64,000 bases of DNA from Podarcis erhardii (lineage: Eukaryota), in assembly GCA_964252035.1 (NCBI GenBank), contig OZ176203.1, one strand, 5' to 3'. The notes below the pieces were generated by a model that worked only from the letters and a program-made list of their open reading frames with translations, was not told where the DNA came from and did no database searches. A program made the position numbers and the translations under genes. Below, in pieces: positions 23,987 through 35,600 of the stretch; within the stretch, counting starts at the first letter, position 1, and every line of letters begins with the position of its first letter.

Positions 23987-26107
23987 TAATTCTTGTTGCT
24001 CAACCAAGTTTGGGAATAGTAATAGTAATAGTAGTAGTAGTACCCTGCCCATCTGATTGGGTTGCCCTAGCCACTCTGGGCAGGGGCCACTGAAACAAGC
24101 TATAGTTGGCTTTAGTTTAGAAAAATACACCATGATCCATACATCAGCTATTAAGGTACCTTAGCTCTACTTCATTCTATTGTGTAGAGATATTTTAAGC
24201 TTGGAGTGGCGCACCTCTGCACATTCAAGTACGGCAGAGGAAGGAGAGATGCTTCCTTACAAGGAACTTTTTTTAATCATCAAATGATTCTCCAAACTCA
24301 TTAAGAAACTTCTTTCTGACAGTAAAATACAACCACATTTAATGCAGATACGTGGCAGCAACATTAGTCTAAATACAACAATGGAGCTCAAGAGTGAACG
24401 TAATGAGCAAGTTTGTGTAATGAAAGTGGGAGGATTTAAGTAGGCAGCAAAAAAAGAAGTTTGAAAATTAATTCCTGAAATTAATTCAATTACTTAGCAT
24501 GTATTGTGGTTTAATCCACAAAAGTTTTAATACAAGCAATGGAGGGGAGAGACTGAACGAAGGCACAAAAGCGGTAAATGACTTGCCAAGCAACACACAC
24601 CCTGAATGGATTGATATGGCTGTGGCCTCACTGCATCCCAATTTAGGAAACAGCCCAAGACATTTAGATACCAAATCAGAAAATCACAATAGACCCTCTT
24701 ATGTGTATGAAGATGTAGACTAAACCACTGTCAATCTGCTGCCCTTTAATGGTTTCCAAAATCTGTTGTTTGACACAGGCAGCCTGCCTGATGTTAAGGC
24801 CAGCCTTGCACCAATTGTATTTGACCAGATGAGCTACTTGGCCACGTTAGGAACATCTGATGCACATGATTCACCACTTCACTGTCTATTGCCACAGAAG
24901 GAGTCAGGACATAGAGAGCCCACGCCCTGCAGTTCATACAAAATGTTTCATTGTAGGAAATGGCCTTCACATATATTGCTTTTATCATTATGTGATAGTA
25001 TTATTGGGTGGGAAAGTTTGCATGCTGAGAACTCGCTTAATGATCACCAGAGAACTAGTCATGCGAATTCAGCCCCAAGTCATTGCTGACCTACACTTGG
25101 CACCATTTAAACTCTACTGAAGTCAGCTGAGCTACACTCCAAAGAGATGTGACCTAAGCACTGAAGCAAAGGATTGCTTGTAGTCCAGAAACTACCTCTT
25201 TTTTAAGTGCTACATCAACAAGAATGCTTTCTTGCTTGAATCTCCAACCAATGATTGCTTAAAAGAACAGGACATGGGACTTTCAACTGAGCAACTATAA
25301 GAGACTAGGAAAATCAACAGCAGCTGGATGATGTCAGTTTTCCTGGAAACCTCGTGGTAAAAAACAAACAAAAACCCAGACAGAAGAATGTGTTGGGGAA
25401 AACCCACTATAGGAAAGGATCCAGGAAGCAAAATTATAAATGGCTAAAAATGAAGCACATTGTTTCAGTGGACACACCTCACTGTTAGGCAAGTCATCTG
25501 AATTTCAGTTACTTTGGAAGTGTTCATTTGTTCTGAACACTTGCAGCCACTACACAACCTCCTACACCAATTCTAAAACTTTTCTTGCTGCAAGGATGTA
25601 ATCTATATAAGTGAAATAGGTTTTCTAGAAAGCACAAGCAGCACCCTGCCCAAATTGATTAAGGAAACTATTGCAAGGTTAAGACAAGTTCCCAGCAATG
25701 TCAGAATTTGCATGCAGATAATCAAGAGAAATTTGAATTTTTTACTGTTCATAAGGGTTTAAAAAGAAGCCTTTAGTACATTAAAAAAGGCCTTTAAGAT
25801 AGCAATGCTGAGCACACTTAGCTGGAAGCCCAACTGCAAAAATGTCTGCCTACATTCGGGGCTGGGGGGAGGGGAATGACAGCACCCTAAAATCACCAAT
25901 AATATTACATTAATAAATCAAGTGCAAAATACATCACAAATCAGTATATCAGATAAATACATTGACAGAAATGACTCACCTCTCAGTGAAAGCTTGAGTT
26001 TTAATGGATGAGTTTTAAGCAGGCGTCTAAATGCTTATACCAGTGTTCTTCAACCTCAGGTCTCTGGGTGTTGGATTAAAACTCCCATCATATCCACACA
26101 TCGTAGC

Positions 26108-26706
26108 TGTGATGGCCTGGGACTCGGGCTCTGACTTGGAGCCAGAGAAGTCTCAGTCCGCACCGGATCCTAGGCCGCAGGCGGCATCTGAACCTAGTCT
26201 GGGGCCTGATTCTGAAGAGCCCCAGTCTGCACAGGTTCCCCTGCAACAAGCACCAGCTGGGCCGAGTCAGGGGCCTGAGCCTGCCCTGGTTCCAGATGCG
26301 AGGATTACCTCGTTGCATTCAGCCGGGCAATCACTTACAGCTGCTCCACTACCAATTGGGTTAGGAGAGGCTGAGGCGGCCTCTGGGTCTAGTAACCCAT
26401 CGACATCTCCCGAGCTGCAGAGACTAAGGTCTGAGAAAAGGAGAGGCCTGAGTACTCGCAGGAGGAGTGCACGCCTTCGGGCGAGACAGGGAGGTGAGTC
26501 ACCGGGGGATCAGGACTGACCGTTACCCCGATAGAGATAAAAGGCTGCGGGAGCAACACTGCTGTTTGCCAGAACCTGCCTGTGATCCTGTGCCTGACCT
26601 TGCCTGGTTTCCTGCCTTGGCCCTGTCGGACTGACTCCTTGCGGAACCCTTGGACTCGAGACCGGAACTGGACCACATTACTCGGGTTACCCCTGGGCCC
26701 AGCACA
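26108..26706 (+). mobile_element. Solo LTR (Gypsy-like), 599 bp
   Basis: TGT...ACA termini, 5-bp TSD GTAGC (26103-26107 and 26707-26711), TATA-like GATAAAA at 26536-26542. Confidence 0.88.
26112..26519 (+). CDS. LTR-internal ORF, 135 aa, P/S/E/Q-rich with basic C-terminus
   Basis: Open from the ATG at LTR base 5 to TGA: MAWDSGSDLEPEKS...SPELQRLRSEKRRGLSTRRRSARLRARQGGESPGDQD*; expression unknown. Confidence 0.45.
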   Translation: MAWDSGSDLEPEKSQSAPDPRPQAASEPSLGPDSEEPQSAQVPLQQAPAGPSQGPEPALVPDARITSLHSAGQSLTAAPLPIGLGEAEAASGSSNPSTSPELQRLRSEKRRGLSTRRRSARLRARQGGESPGDQD

Positions 26707-26842
26707 GTAGCCAAAGGTCAAGAACAAAGGGGGCTGAATTCCTGCAACATCTAGACACACTGGCCTATAATGTAGGCGCCTTCCTAATGTTCATTGGGAG
26801 AATACTCCAAAAGGCAGGGCCACCACGCTAAAACTTCTAAAC

Positions 26843-27328
26843 TAGGGGTCAGCAACCTTTTTCAGCTGTGGGCCGGTCCACCGTCCCTCAGACCATGTGG
26901 TGGGCCGGATTATATTTTGGAAAAAAATAATAATGAACGAATTCCTTGTTGTTGTTTAGTCATTATCCATGTCTGACTCTTCGTGACCCCATGGACCAGA
27001 GCATGCCAGGTACTCCTGTCTTCCACTGCCTCCCGCAGTTTGGTCAGACTCATGTTTGTAGCATCGAGAACACTGTCCAACCATTCCTATGCCCCACAAA
27101 CGAATTCCTATGTCCCACAAATAACCCAGAGATGCATTTTAAATAAAAGCACACATTCTACTCATGTAAAAACACCAGGCAGGCCCCACAAATCACCCAG
27201 AGATGCATTTTAAATAAAAGGACACATTCTACTCATGCAAAAACACAGATTCTCAGACCGTCCGTGGGCCGGATTGAGAAGTTGATTGGGCCGCATCCAG
27301 CCCATGGGCCTTAGGTTACCTACCCCTG
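26843..27328. mobile_element. hAT MITE carrying a BovB insertion
   Basis: TIRs TAGGGGTCAGCAACC / GGTTACCTACCCCTG, 8-bp TSD TTCTAAAC (26835-26842 and 27329-27336). Confidence 0.85.
26946..27083 (-). mobile_element. RTE-BovB LINE 3' end
   Basis: Minus strand reads ...AAACTGCGGGAGGCAGTGGAAGACAGG...CCATGGGGTCACGAAGAGTCAGAC...GACTAAACAACAACAA, the typical BovB 3' terminus. Confidence 0.85.
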
Positions 27329-29244
27329 TTCTAAACGGACACGTATAGGATTGCACTGTAAGCGTTAGGCAAGTTTGCCAAGGTGGATGCCGGGCATCTG
27401 CCATGGCCTGCCTTTTTCAGCCAGCTACTCTAGAGCAGGTGAAATTGGGCAGCTGATGGGGGAACCAAAAGGGAGCAATCAACAGACCCCTCCTCACTGC
27501 TTTCAAACAAGCAGTGTGGACTCAGATAGGAGGAAAAACAGCAGCAAGCTCAAGTGAGTTTAATGACGTCTCTCTCACGTAAGGACATACCCAAGATCGA
27601 AATGTTGCAACGCAACGCTCTGCATGTTTGCTGAAAATCAAATCCCACTGACTCCCAAGTGAGCTTCTGTAAGATTGCAGGTTTAATGTATGTTGCTGAA
27701 GAGCCAGCAAGGAGTTTCTCAACAGAGCCCAAGGTTATCTTGGACACAGCGGGAGGGATGCTACAGTGTTCCATTCATTATCCTCTACAGCTACAGATGC
27801 ACATTTCATGGTTCTGCTGACAAATCCCATACAAATCAGCCCAGGCATTGCTTCAGAGTCTCTACTTACGTGCCTATCTGTGAAGTCAATTTAGTTGACG
27901 AGCACAAGAGATAGGGTCACTTTTGCAGCGGCTCCCCAGCTGTGGAACCCTCCCCCTCAAAGGTGTACATGGCTTTTATGCTGCAGATTAATAATTGTTT
28001 AATAATAATAAGCAGCTTTTAAAACATCTTTTTCAAACTGTCTTTTGCTAAATGCTTTTTCTGCAGAACTACGTTACAAAATATAGTTTTTCAGTTGTTT
28101 TATTAGTCTCTGAGACTGTTTTAACTGACCTTTATAATAATTTTGATTTATTTCAGACCATTGTATTTACTGTTTTTTATTATATCATGAACTGCCCTGG
28201 GTGGGCTATGTCCAAAAATGCAACATATAAATTTTATAAAGAAAGAAAATGAGCAACATTCTTTATTAGTGGGCAAGGATGTTTCAACTTCGCTGGTCAC
28301 TGTTTGAAGAAGGATGCTACAATTAACTGGGCAGTTTCCCAAATTCTTTTCGTAGAAATGTGAGAACCTCAATCAAGACGCACTACACCTCACCTTTGAC
28401 TCCGCATTATTTTTGTCCACTCACCCATTCTTCATCAGTTTTTTGTTAGAACTATGTGGGGGTTTTTTTCTCTCCCTCTGTATAGTTTATTGTCCTAATA
28501 TTTTAGAAGCCGAACATACGCGGCTTTCTTTTATCTTTTCTTGATAGTGTGCACAAAAATTAGTATGTCTATTTTATTTACCAACCTACAATTTATTAGT
28601 AAGTGAATTTGAATGATTCTATCTACCAAGTGACTAAGCATGACAATAAATTAAAATGTGTTTAATCAGGTTAACAGCTGCATTTAAAACCCATTAGACT
28701 AATGGGGCTTGTGCACAAAAGGCATGTCAGCTCAAGCTACAACCCCTTCACTCTGAACAGGAGAGATTTAGGATCTATTCTGTAGACAAGTTCCTGGGAA
28801 TAGGCATTCAACTCAAGGCAAAATACAGTGTGCTTTAATTCTGAGCAGACTGCATAGGATTGCTCTGAGTTTATTAGTCACCTTTAAATCAATGAGATCT
28901 GAAAAATGCTTGACTGGACAGTGGCATAATTTTTGAGGGTTCATTGCTAAACCAGCTCCTTTATACTAACTAGGTAACTAACCCTGAAGATAGTTCAGTA
29001 CTCTGTGTAAAGTAGACTACAGCAGGTCTCAAAAGGCTTAATACAGTCCCTGGGCCTTATAGTTTGATAGCCCTGATCTGAAGTCTATGAAAGAGAAAAG
29101 ACACCATCTGCCTTACTGATTGCTTAGTTTTGCAACATTGCATTTTCACCCCAGATTTTTGTTTTCCAATACATCCACCACGTTCAATCCAAGTCCTTTG
29201 GCCTAACATACTAGAAGCTTATGAATAATTTTTTAATAATACTT

Positions 29245-29250
29245 TTTATT
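29245..29250 (-). terminator. Candidate IFT57 polyadenylation signal (AATAAA)
   Basis: First minus-strand AATAAA, about 170 nt after the stop codon; usage not demonstrated. Confidence 0.5.
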
Positions 29251-29418
29251 TTTTTACAAAAAGTGTTGTGTAATAAATCTTAGACACAAAATGCAATATG
29301 ACTGCATTTATAGACAGAATTAACATATATGTAACATTCTATGCAACATGAGATACATAATGTAAAAAAAATGTACAAAATCAGATTTGCCTAGAATAAA
29401 AAAGAAAATCAAATAAAT

Positions 29419-29600
29419 TTAATAGGTACCAACAATGGAAGAATCTGGAATTATAGTAGCATGCATATCTCTAGTCATATTTGATTTTTCTTTCAGCTTT
29501 GACTGGAGTAACGTGTGTTCCACCACGCCAATTCGTATGTCCATCTGAATAGTTTCTTGCTTCAGTTTGGTTAAAGCTTGTTTAATTTTTACTAAGGGAG
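29419..29600 (-). CDS. IFT57: IFT57 exon 11 (coding part, to TAA)
   Basis: taacag| (A)PLVKIKQALTKLKQETIQMDIRIGVVEHTLLQSKLKEKSNMTRDMHATIIPDSSIVGTY*. Confidence 0.97.
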
Positions 29601-32600
29601 CTGTTAAAAAAGAAAATGCAAAACAGTAGAGTTTCCTGTTAGCTTTCCACACAAAGAAAGGTATTGTTTTTTCTTCCTAATTTGCTCTCTTTGTTAATCG
29701 GGAGAGAGACTTAAATGAACAAAAGAATGACAATACTCTGGAGGCATGACTTTATGGATTCATAATTTCACATGGAAGCTATATTAAAATAAGGTTATCA
29801 AATTTTTGACATTTTGGATCTCAAAATGTGCATTAAATGGTACATACATTTTTTAAACATAGTTATAGTGACAGTATTACATTTTGCACTGGGGAAGGAA
29901 TATATCTTCTACAGATTTATTTTTCTGTATATGCTAGTACAGATTCAATCAGTTTCTCAGAGTACCAGATGCAGCAGCCTTACAAATCCTGAGGCTACAG
30001 CTATACACAATAAGTTTTTTCCTCAAGAATGTGATGCAAGCCCAGGTAAGGGTTTAGGCTTATGCGGATTTTAAAATGGAATTAAGCCACAACTGACAAG
30101 TCCTATATGCTTTATCTTTTTACCAGCTGTGAGCATACCTCTCCCCATATGAATGATAGAAAATGCTCAATTAATCACTCCCTGTCTTCACAAAGGCCCC
30201 AGCACAGGGTTTCAAGGCCCAACAGGGCAGGAAATCTTTTGCAAACCTGCCATTCTGGTTTTGTTGCTCTGCATTAAGAGTTTTTGCTTACTAAGCTGCT
30301 CAGAAGGTGGGAGCTTTGTCTGAGGAAGGACCTGAAAGGTGAGCTTACCTCCATCAGTCATACTGCTTCCCTTTTCTTCCATTTCCTGCTTTATCTTCTC
30401 TAATTCTTCGGTAATCTTAAGAGAAACGTAAGCAATGAATCATTTGCAAAATCTAGAACACTCTGAAACTAAAGATATCACCACTGGTTTTACAAGGAAC
30501 AACCTGAATTTAAGTGCTCACAGACATAAAAAGGTGAGAGATGGGAGGGTTCATTGTTCTGTGTGTGGAGTAAGGGTTAAGACAGGCATAGGCAAACTCC
30601 GGCCCTCCAAATGTTTTGAGACTACAATTCCCATCATCCCTGACCACTGGTCCTGTTAGCTGGGGATGATGGGAAATGTAGTTCCAAAACATCTGGAGGG
30701 CCAGAGTTTGCCTATGCCTGGGTTAAGATGTAATTGTGACAGAGGGCCTTTTATTCTTCTCTTCTTATGTTTCCATTTCTCTACTTTCTTCCTGTTTTTT
30801 CCACTAGATTATTTTGGCTTTTATTGTATTTTATGTTGAAAACGTTTAATAAAAATCGATAATATTTTTTTTTAAGGTTTTCCGCGATGCCACAACCCTA
30901 ATTTTTTAGTTTCATGGCTTTTGTAAAAGGAAGGTACCCATGCAGATTTTAATACTATGAGCCTTAGAATAATTTATATACAAGCCCAAAAGTACAGTGA
31001 CCAAAGAGAGGATTCCTATAGCATCATTGCACATGGATAGCTCAGCTGGCTAGAGTGTGGTGCTGATAATGCCAAGGTTTCAGGTTCAATCCCTGTATGA
31101 GGAAGCTGCATATTCATAGCATGCAGGGGGGTGGACTAGATGACCCTCAGGGTCCCTGCCAACTCCACAGTTCAATGATTGATTGATTAATCTCTCTAGG
31201 CTACTAGCTGCTGATTGTTAAGTGCATGTCTGAAAGGAAGAATGGCTAAACTCAATGTAGCCTCAGGATTAGTATCATTTTGCCATATTAATTATATATC
31301 AAGGTTTGCATAACTGAGGTGGATCTATCCAGGATTCTGTAAAAGTGAACTAAACTTGGTGGAAGTTGCCCTCCCAGCCCTGCGAGAAGTGGAGAAGGGA
31401 GTGGGAGAGCACAATGTTTCTCCTGGGCTCGTTTGGGCCTGCCCTTGTATTGGAACACAGCCAAAGAGAGAAGGTTATTTGGCTCTCACAAGGCCATTTT
31501 GCTTCATCTTGAGACACAAAACGCTAATAAATATTTGTCTGAACTGTGAAAAGTAAGGGTCATTTTCCATCCTCACATTTTGTGGAATAAACCTCAAGCA
31601 CCCAGTCTCAATGTGTGCCCTAAGCTAAATGAACTAACAAATTATTATCAGCCCAAGCAGATCACTTTCAAAGATACTGTTGCCAGTGATGTGTGTTTAC
31701 TCAATACAGTGGCACCTCGGGTTACAAACACCTCGGGTTACAAACACTTCAGGTTACAGACTCCGCTAACCTGGATGTAGTACCTCGGGTTAAGAACTTT
31801 GCCCCAGGATGAGAACAGAAATTGCGGCGTGGCAGCAGCGGGATGCCCCATTAGCTAAAGTGGTACCTCAGGTTAAGAACGGTTTCAGGTTAAGAACGAA
31901 CCTCCAGAACGAATTAAGTTTGTAATCAGAGATACCACTGTACTATCCCAGCTGGATTTGTTTCATATACAGCCAAGATTTTCATTTACTCATTCCATAA
32001 TGGTTAAAGGCAAGAGCAGAAAAGAAAATATAAATGTTCACGAAATCATGACAGTAGTGCAACCAAACCACTATTTTGAAGTTTAACTGGAGGTCTTGAA
32101 TTGGATTCTGTTACTTTAATTACCTGCTCTTACAGGAGCCCTGGTTAAATTAAGGCTTCATACCTATCATTTCTTTATTGTGCCAGGTCTGGCATGCAGC
32201 CAAGATGAATATGCATGCTTATTCACTTTTCCATCCAGTATCATCAAGAATGCAAAATGGATTAAGGGAACAAATTCCATTAACTGTGATTTGGTGCAGA
32301 TGAAAACACTCATCTGTGGCCCATCTTGTCATACAAAGTTATGCACTCCTGTCATTTAATATTAGTCATCTCATAAAAATAAAGATTAAAGCTTAGTGCT
32401 TATAAAAAAGTAATTTGAAAAGGAACGGTAACTCATTCAGCCTGAAAAACTTTACAGAAGTCAGCAAAGTAAACCACTTAACTAAGGAGTTAAGTGATAT
32501 TACCTCAAATGAGAGAAATGCCTGATGAACTAGACTGATTAAGTCTTTGCTCTCAGTTTGTTTACGATTTCAAAAATAAAACTTCTAAAATACCGAGTCT

Positions 32601-35600
32601 GTGTCCCTACTTGGGAGTAAGCCTTAGAACTAATTGCATCACAAACGTACTAACACATTAGATGAAGATTGAAATGCTTGTCTTGTCATTATTTTAAGAT
32701 TTTCAGATTCTGGAGAGAAAACACACACAAAACATCTGGACTGTAAAATACCACCGAGAAAAGTTCTACCTCAGAAAGAACTCTAGCCCGCTCTGTTACT
32801 CCTCCACTTCCTTGTTGGTATTTCTCTTTGGCCTGTGAATAAAAGAAACAACTTTTTTTACCTTGAGAGGAAAATGAAGAACCCCTGAGATATGTCCTAT
32901 TCCACACAAGCAACTTAAATGAAAGACTTGTATGATCTGATCTATAATTAAAAGGCCATGAGAGCAACCTAGAGAATTCTTTATGTTTACATCATTAATA
33001 GCACATGAGTAAAAGTCACAGCTTGAGCTTTAACAGTAGAAACCTAGAGTTAATGGTGGAAGAGGCAACACTACAGCCTCTTAGCATCAATCCAAGACTA
33101 CAGAAAAACAAAGAGACAGTCAGCTTGTTACCTCACTCAGAAGTGCCTGTGCAGAACGATACTCCTGAACCAAATGCTCCAGCTGGTTGTTGATATACTT
33201 TTCTCGACTGCTCACTTTTTCCAGAGTTCTGCTTATTTCATTGTGAAGTTTGTCGAGGTAACCCTGTCAGAGTTTGAAACGGGTCAGTTCTCACTGAAGG
33301 CTAGCAAGGATCTGAAGATCTACTCAAGAGCTTGGGCATGCCCAGTAGGACTTCAGACTCTCTTTTCCTTTATTATTATTTTTTTAAAAAAAATGATATT
33401 TATAAGAGTTTCAAATAATACACAAAAGCAAAAAACAACAAAACAATTTTCCAAAAAGAAAAAAGAAAGAAGAAAGAAAAGCAGAATTAAAAGACATTCA
33501 ACATTTACAGTCCTTATTTTCAATAACTTTTTTTCGCGACTTCCCCTCGCCTCCCCTTCTTGTATTTCATGTCCAAATATTTGTTCAACAAGTTCTTATC
33601 CCTAATTTTTAACCTTAATTTATTATTATATTTAATTCAATTTATATATCAAATTTTAACTTATATACATCAATCGTTATACTTAAAGACTTTTTCTAAG
33701 AGCGACCCAATTTCCCTTCCACGAATTCCCCATTTTTATACTAATCACAAAGCAAAAAAACGAAAAAATAGAAAGAATCAGAATATATTTGTACACCCTT
33801 TGGATTCCCAAACCCCACCCTCCCTTTCCCGGTGTCGATCCCCGCACCATTGTCCATTAGTCCAGTGTTTCCCAACCTTGTGCCTCCAGCTGTTTTTGAA
33901 CTACAACTCCCATCATCCCTGACTAGCAAGACCAGTGGCAAGGGATGATGGGAATTGTAGTCCAAAAACAGCTGGAGGCACAAGGTTGGGAAACACTGCA
34001 TTAGTCCATCTGCTATCAGCCTGGAGACCTCACGTCTGAGGCTCTTAAATCTCTCTCAGTTCCTCTCTGCCAGTTTTTTTTGATAGTCCTTTGTATTAAA
34101 CACCAAGTCTCGGAGGGGCTCTGTCCCGATAATGTCCATGTTCCTTCCAGCCAGACCTCCATATTTAAGGGTGGAGCTCAAATCTTGTTTCTTAATCCTT
34201 TTAAGTCCAAATGTCCCAAAAGCTCCAACTTCCACCTTAATCAGATTTATAGTCCATAGATCTTCAGATCTCCACAGAAGGAGATCTTTCCATTCCTCAT
34301 TCTTCAATTCAAACCAAATTTTCATCATCCAGTCATTATTTTCTTTTATATCCATCTTGACAGGCCTCCGGCTCTCCTTTGCCTTCTGCAGCATTACAGC
34401 CCCTCCTTCCTGCTCCTCCTGTTCAGCATATATCTCTTTCTCAAATTTCTCAAATTTCTTTTCTTGTTCAGCTGCCTGGACTTTGTACATCAAGTCCTTA
34501 TCCAACTCAGTAGATTTATTTACTGTTAACTTCGAAGTTGTGACACTTGTAGACAAAACATGGCTTTGCTCTTGCAACTTTCCCAAGAGAAAAAAAACCT
34601 CGTCCAGATCAGCTAGTATTTTTCAACCTATATCCATTCTTGTAATGTCCCTGAACCCCCTCTAGAGGGATTCTGGTTATTCAGTATTCCTTCCACTTCC
34701 AACCCAAAAGTCAAGTTAACTTGTTTCAATTCTTCTTTATTTTCAACAATTTATAACTATATTGTAACTAATGTAACCAGCAAAAACATCAGAAACAAAG
34801 TTCTCTATTTTTCCCAACTTTGACAGCTAATTTGACAGCTGTCAAAATCTTCTATGTCTCCTCCACAGGCTCCTCTCGCGGATCACTCCTGGGTCCCGGG
34901 GGGGGGTGGTGGTGGTGGCACTTTAGCTCTCAAAGTTAGCTCTTATCCTCCAGCACAATTACTTATACTATCAATCCGTGCAATTAATAGCTTTATCCAA
35001 TAAAAAGGAGATGTTCTCTCGACCTTAGTTATTTAGTCCTTGCTTCAAATTGTTTACAAGGCGGGGAGACGGACTTCCTCTTTGCGCCTTCCCCGATTGT
35101 GCCAAATTCAGACAGAAAAAAAAATCTTTCTTTTATAAATCCAATTTCCATATTACTCACGGGCTTTTACTTTGGGTCCAAATATTCAAAGGAAGAAGTC
35201 AGCGCTCTCCGACCATGGCATGCGGCTTCCCTCAGTAGGAGTAGCAGTCGACTCTCAGCACCGCGCCTCTCCCCGTCCCCCGTTCCGAAGCCTTTAAAAA
35301 GGGTCCTTCTCGCGTCGGGGAGGGCGCAGATGGTGCCCGCCGAGTCACCAGGTCCACAGGCTTCAGCGCCTGTGGTTTCTGAGGGTCCCCGCGTCGCCGC
35401 CGCGGCAGGACCCGTCTCCTACTGAGCCAATTCCCTTCGGAGCTCGGAGGGAATCCGCCATTAGGCGATGGCGCTAACCCGGAAGTCCAGACTCTCTTTT
35501 CCATTGACCCTCAGGTTCTGATCCTATATGCAAGCAATCTTTTGAAAGTCCTCTCACTTTCAAAACTAGCTTGCATAGTTCTTTGGACCATGCCAATGTA

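Larger units (their letters stand above)
33369..35487 (-). mobile_element. Full-length non-autonomous L1-like retroelement (about 2.1 kb)
   Basis: 15-bp TSD CAGACTCTCTTTTCC (33354-33368 and 35488-35502); CpG-rich 5' end beginning GACTTCCGGGTTAGCGCCATC; (AAT)n/A-rich 3' tail; no RT or EN ORF. Confidence 0.85.

Noticed and set aside
1-29000. CD47, expected downstream of IFT57 from human synteny
   Set aside because: I found no IgV exon, five-TM exons or CpG-island first exon resembling CD47; it probably lies outside the window.
34132-34665. 177-aa hydrophobic plus-strand ORF
   Set aside because: It is the antisense mirror of the purine-rich ORF in the L1-like element.
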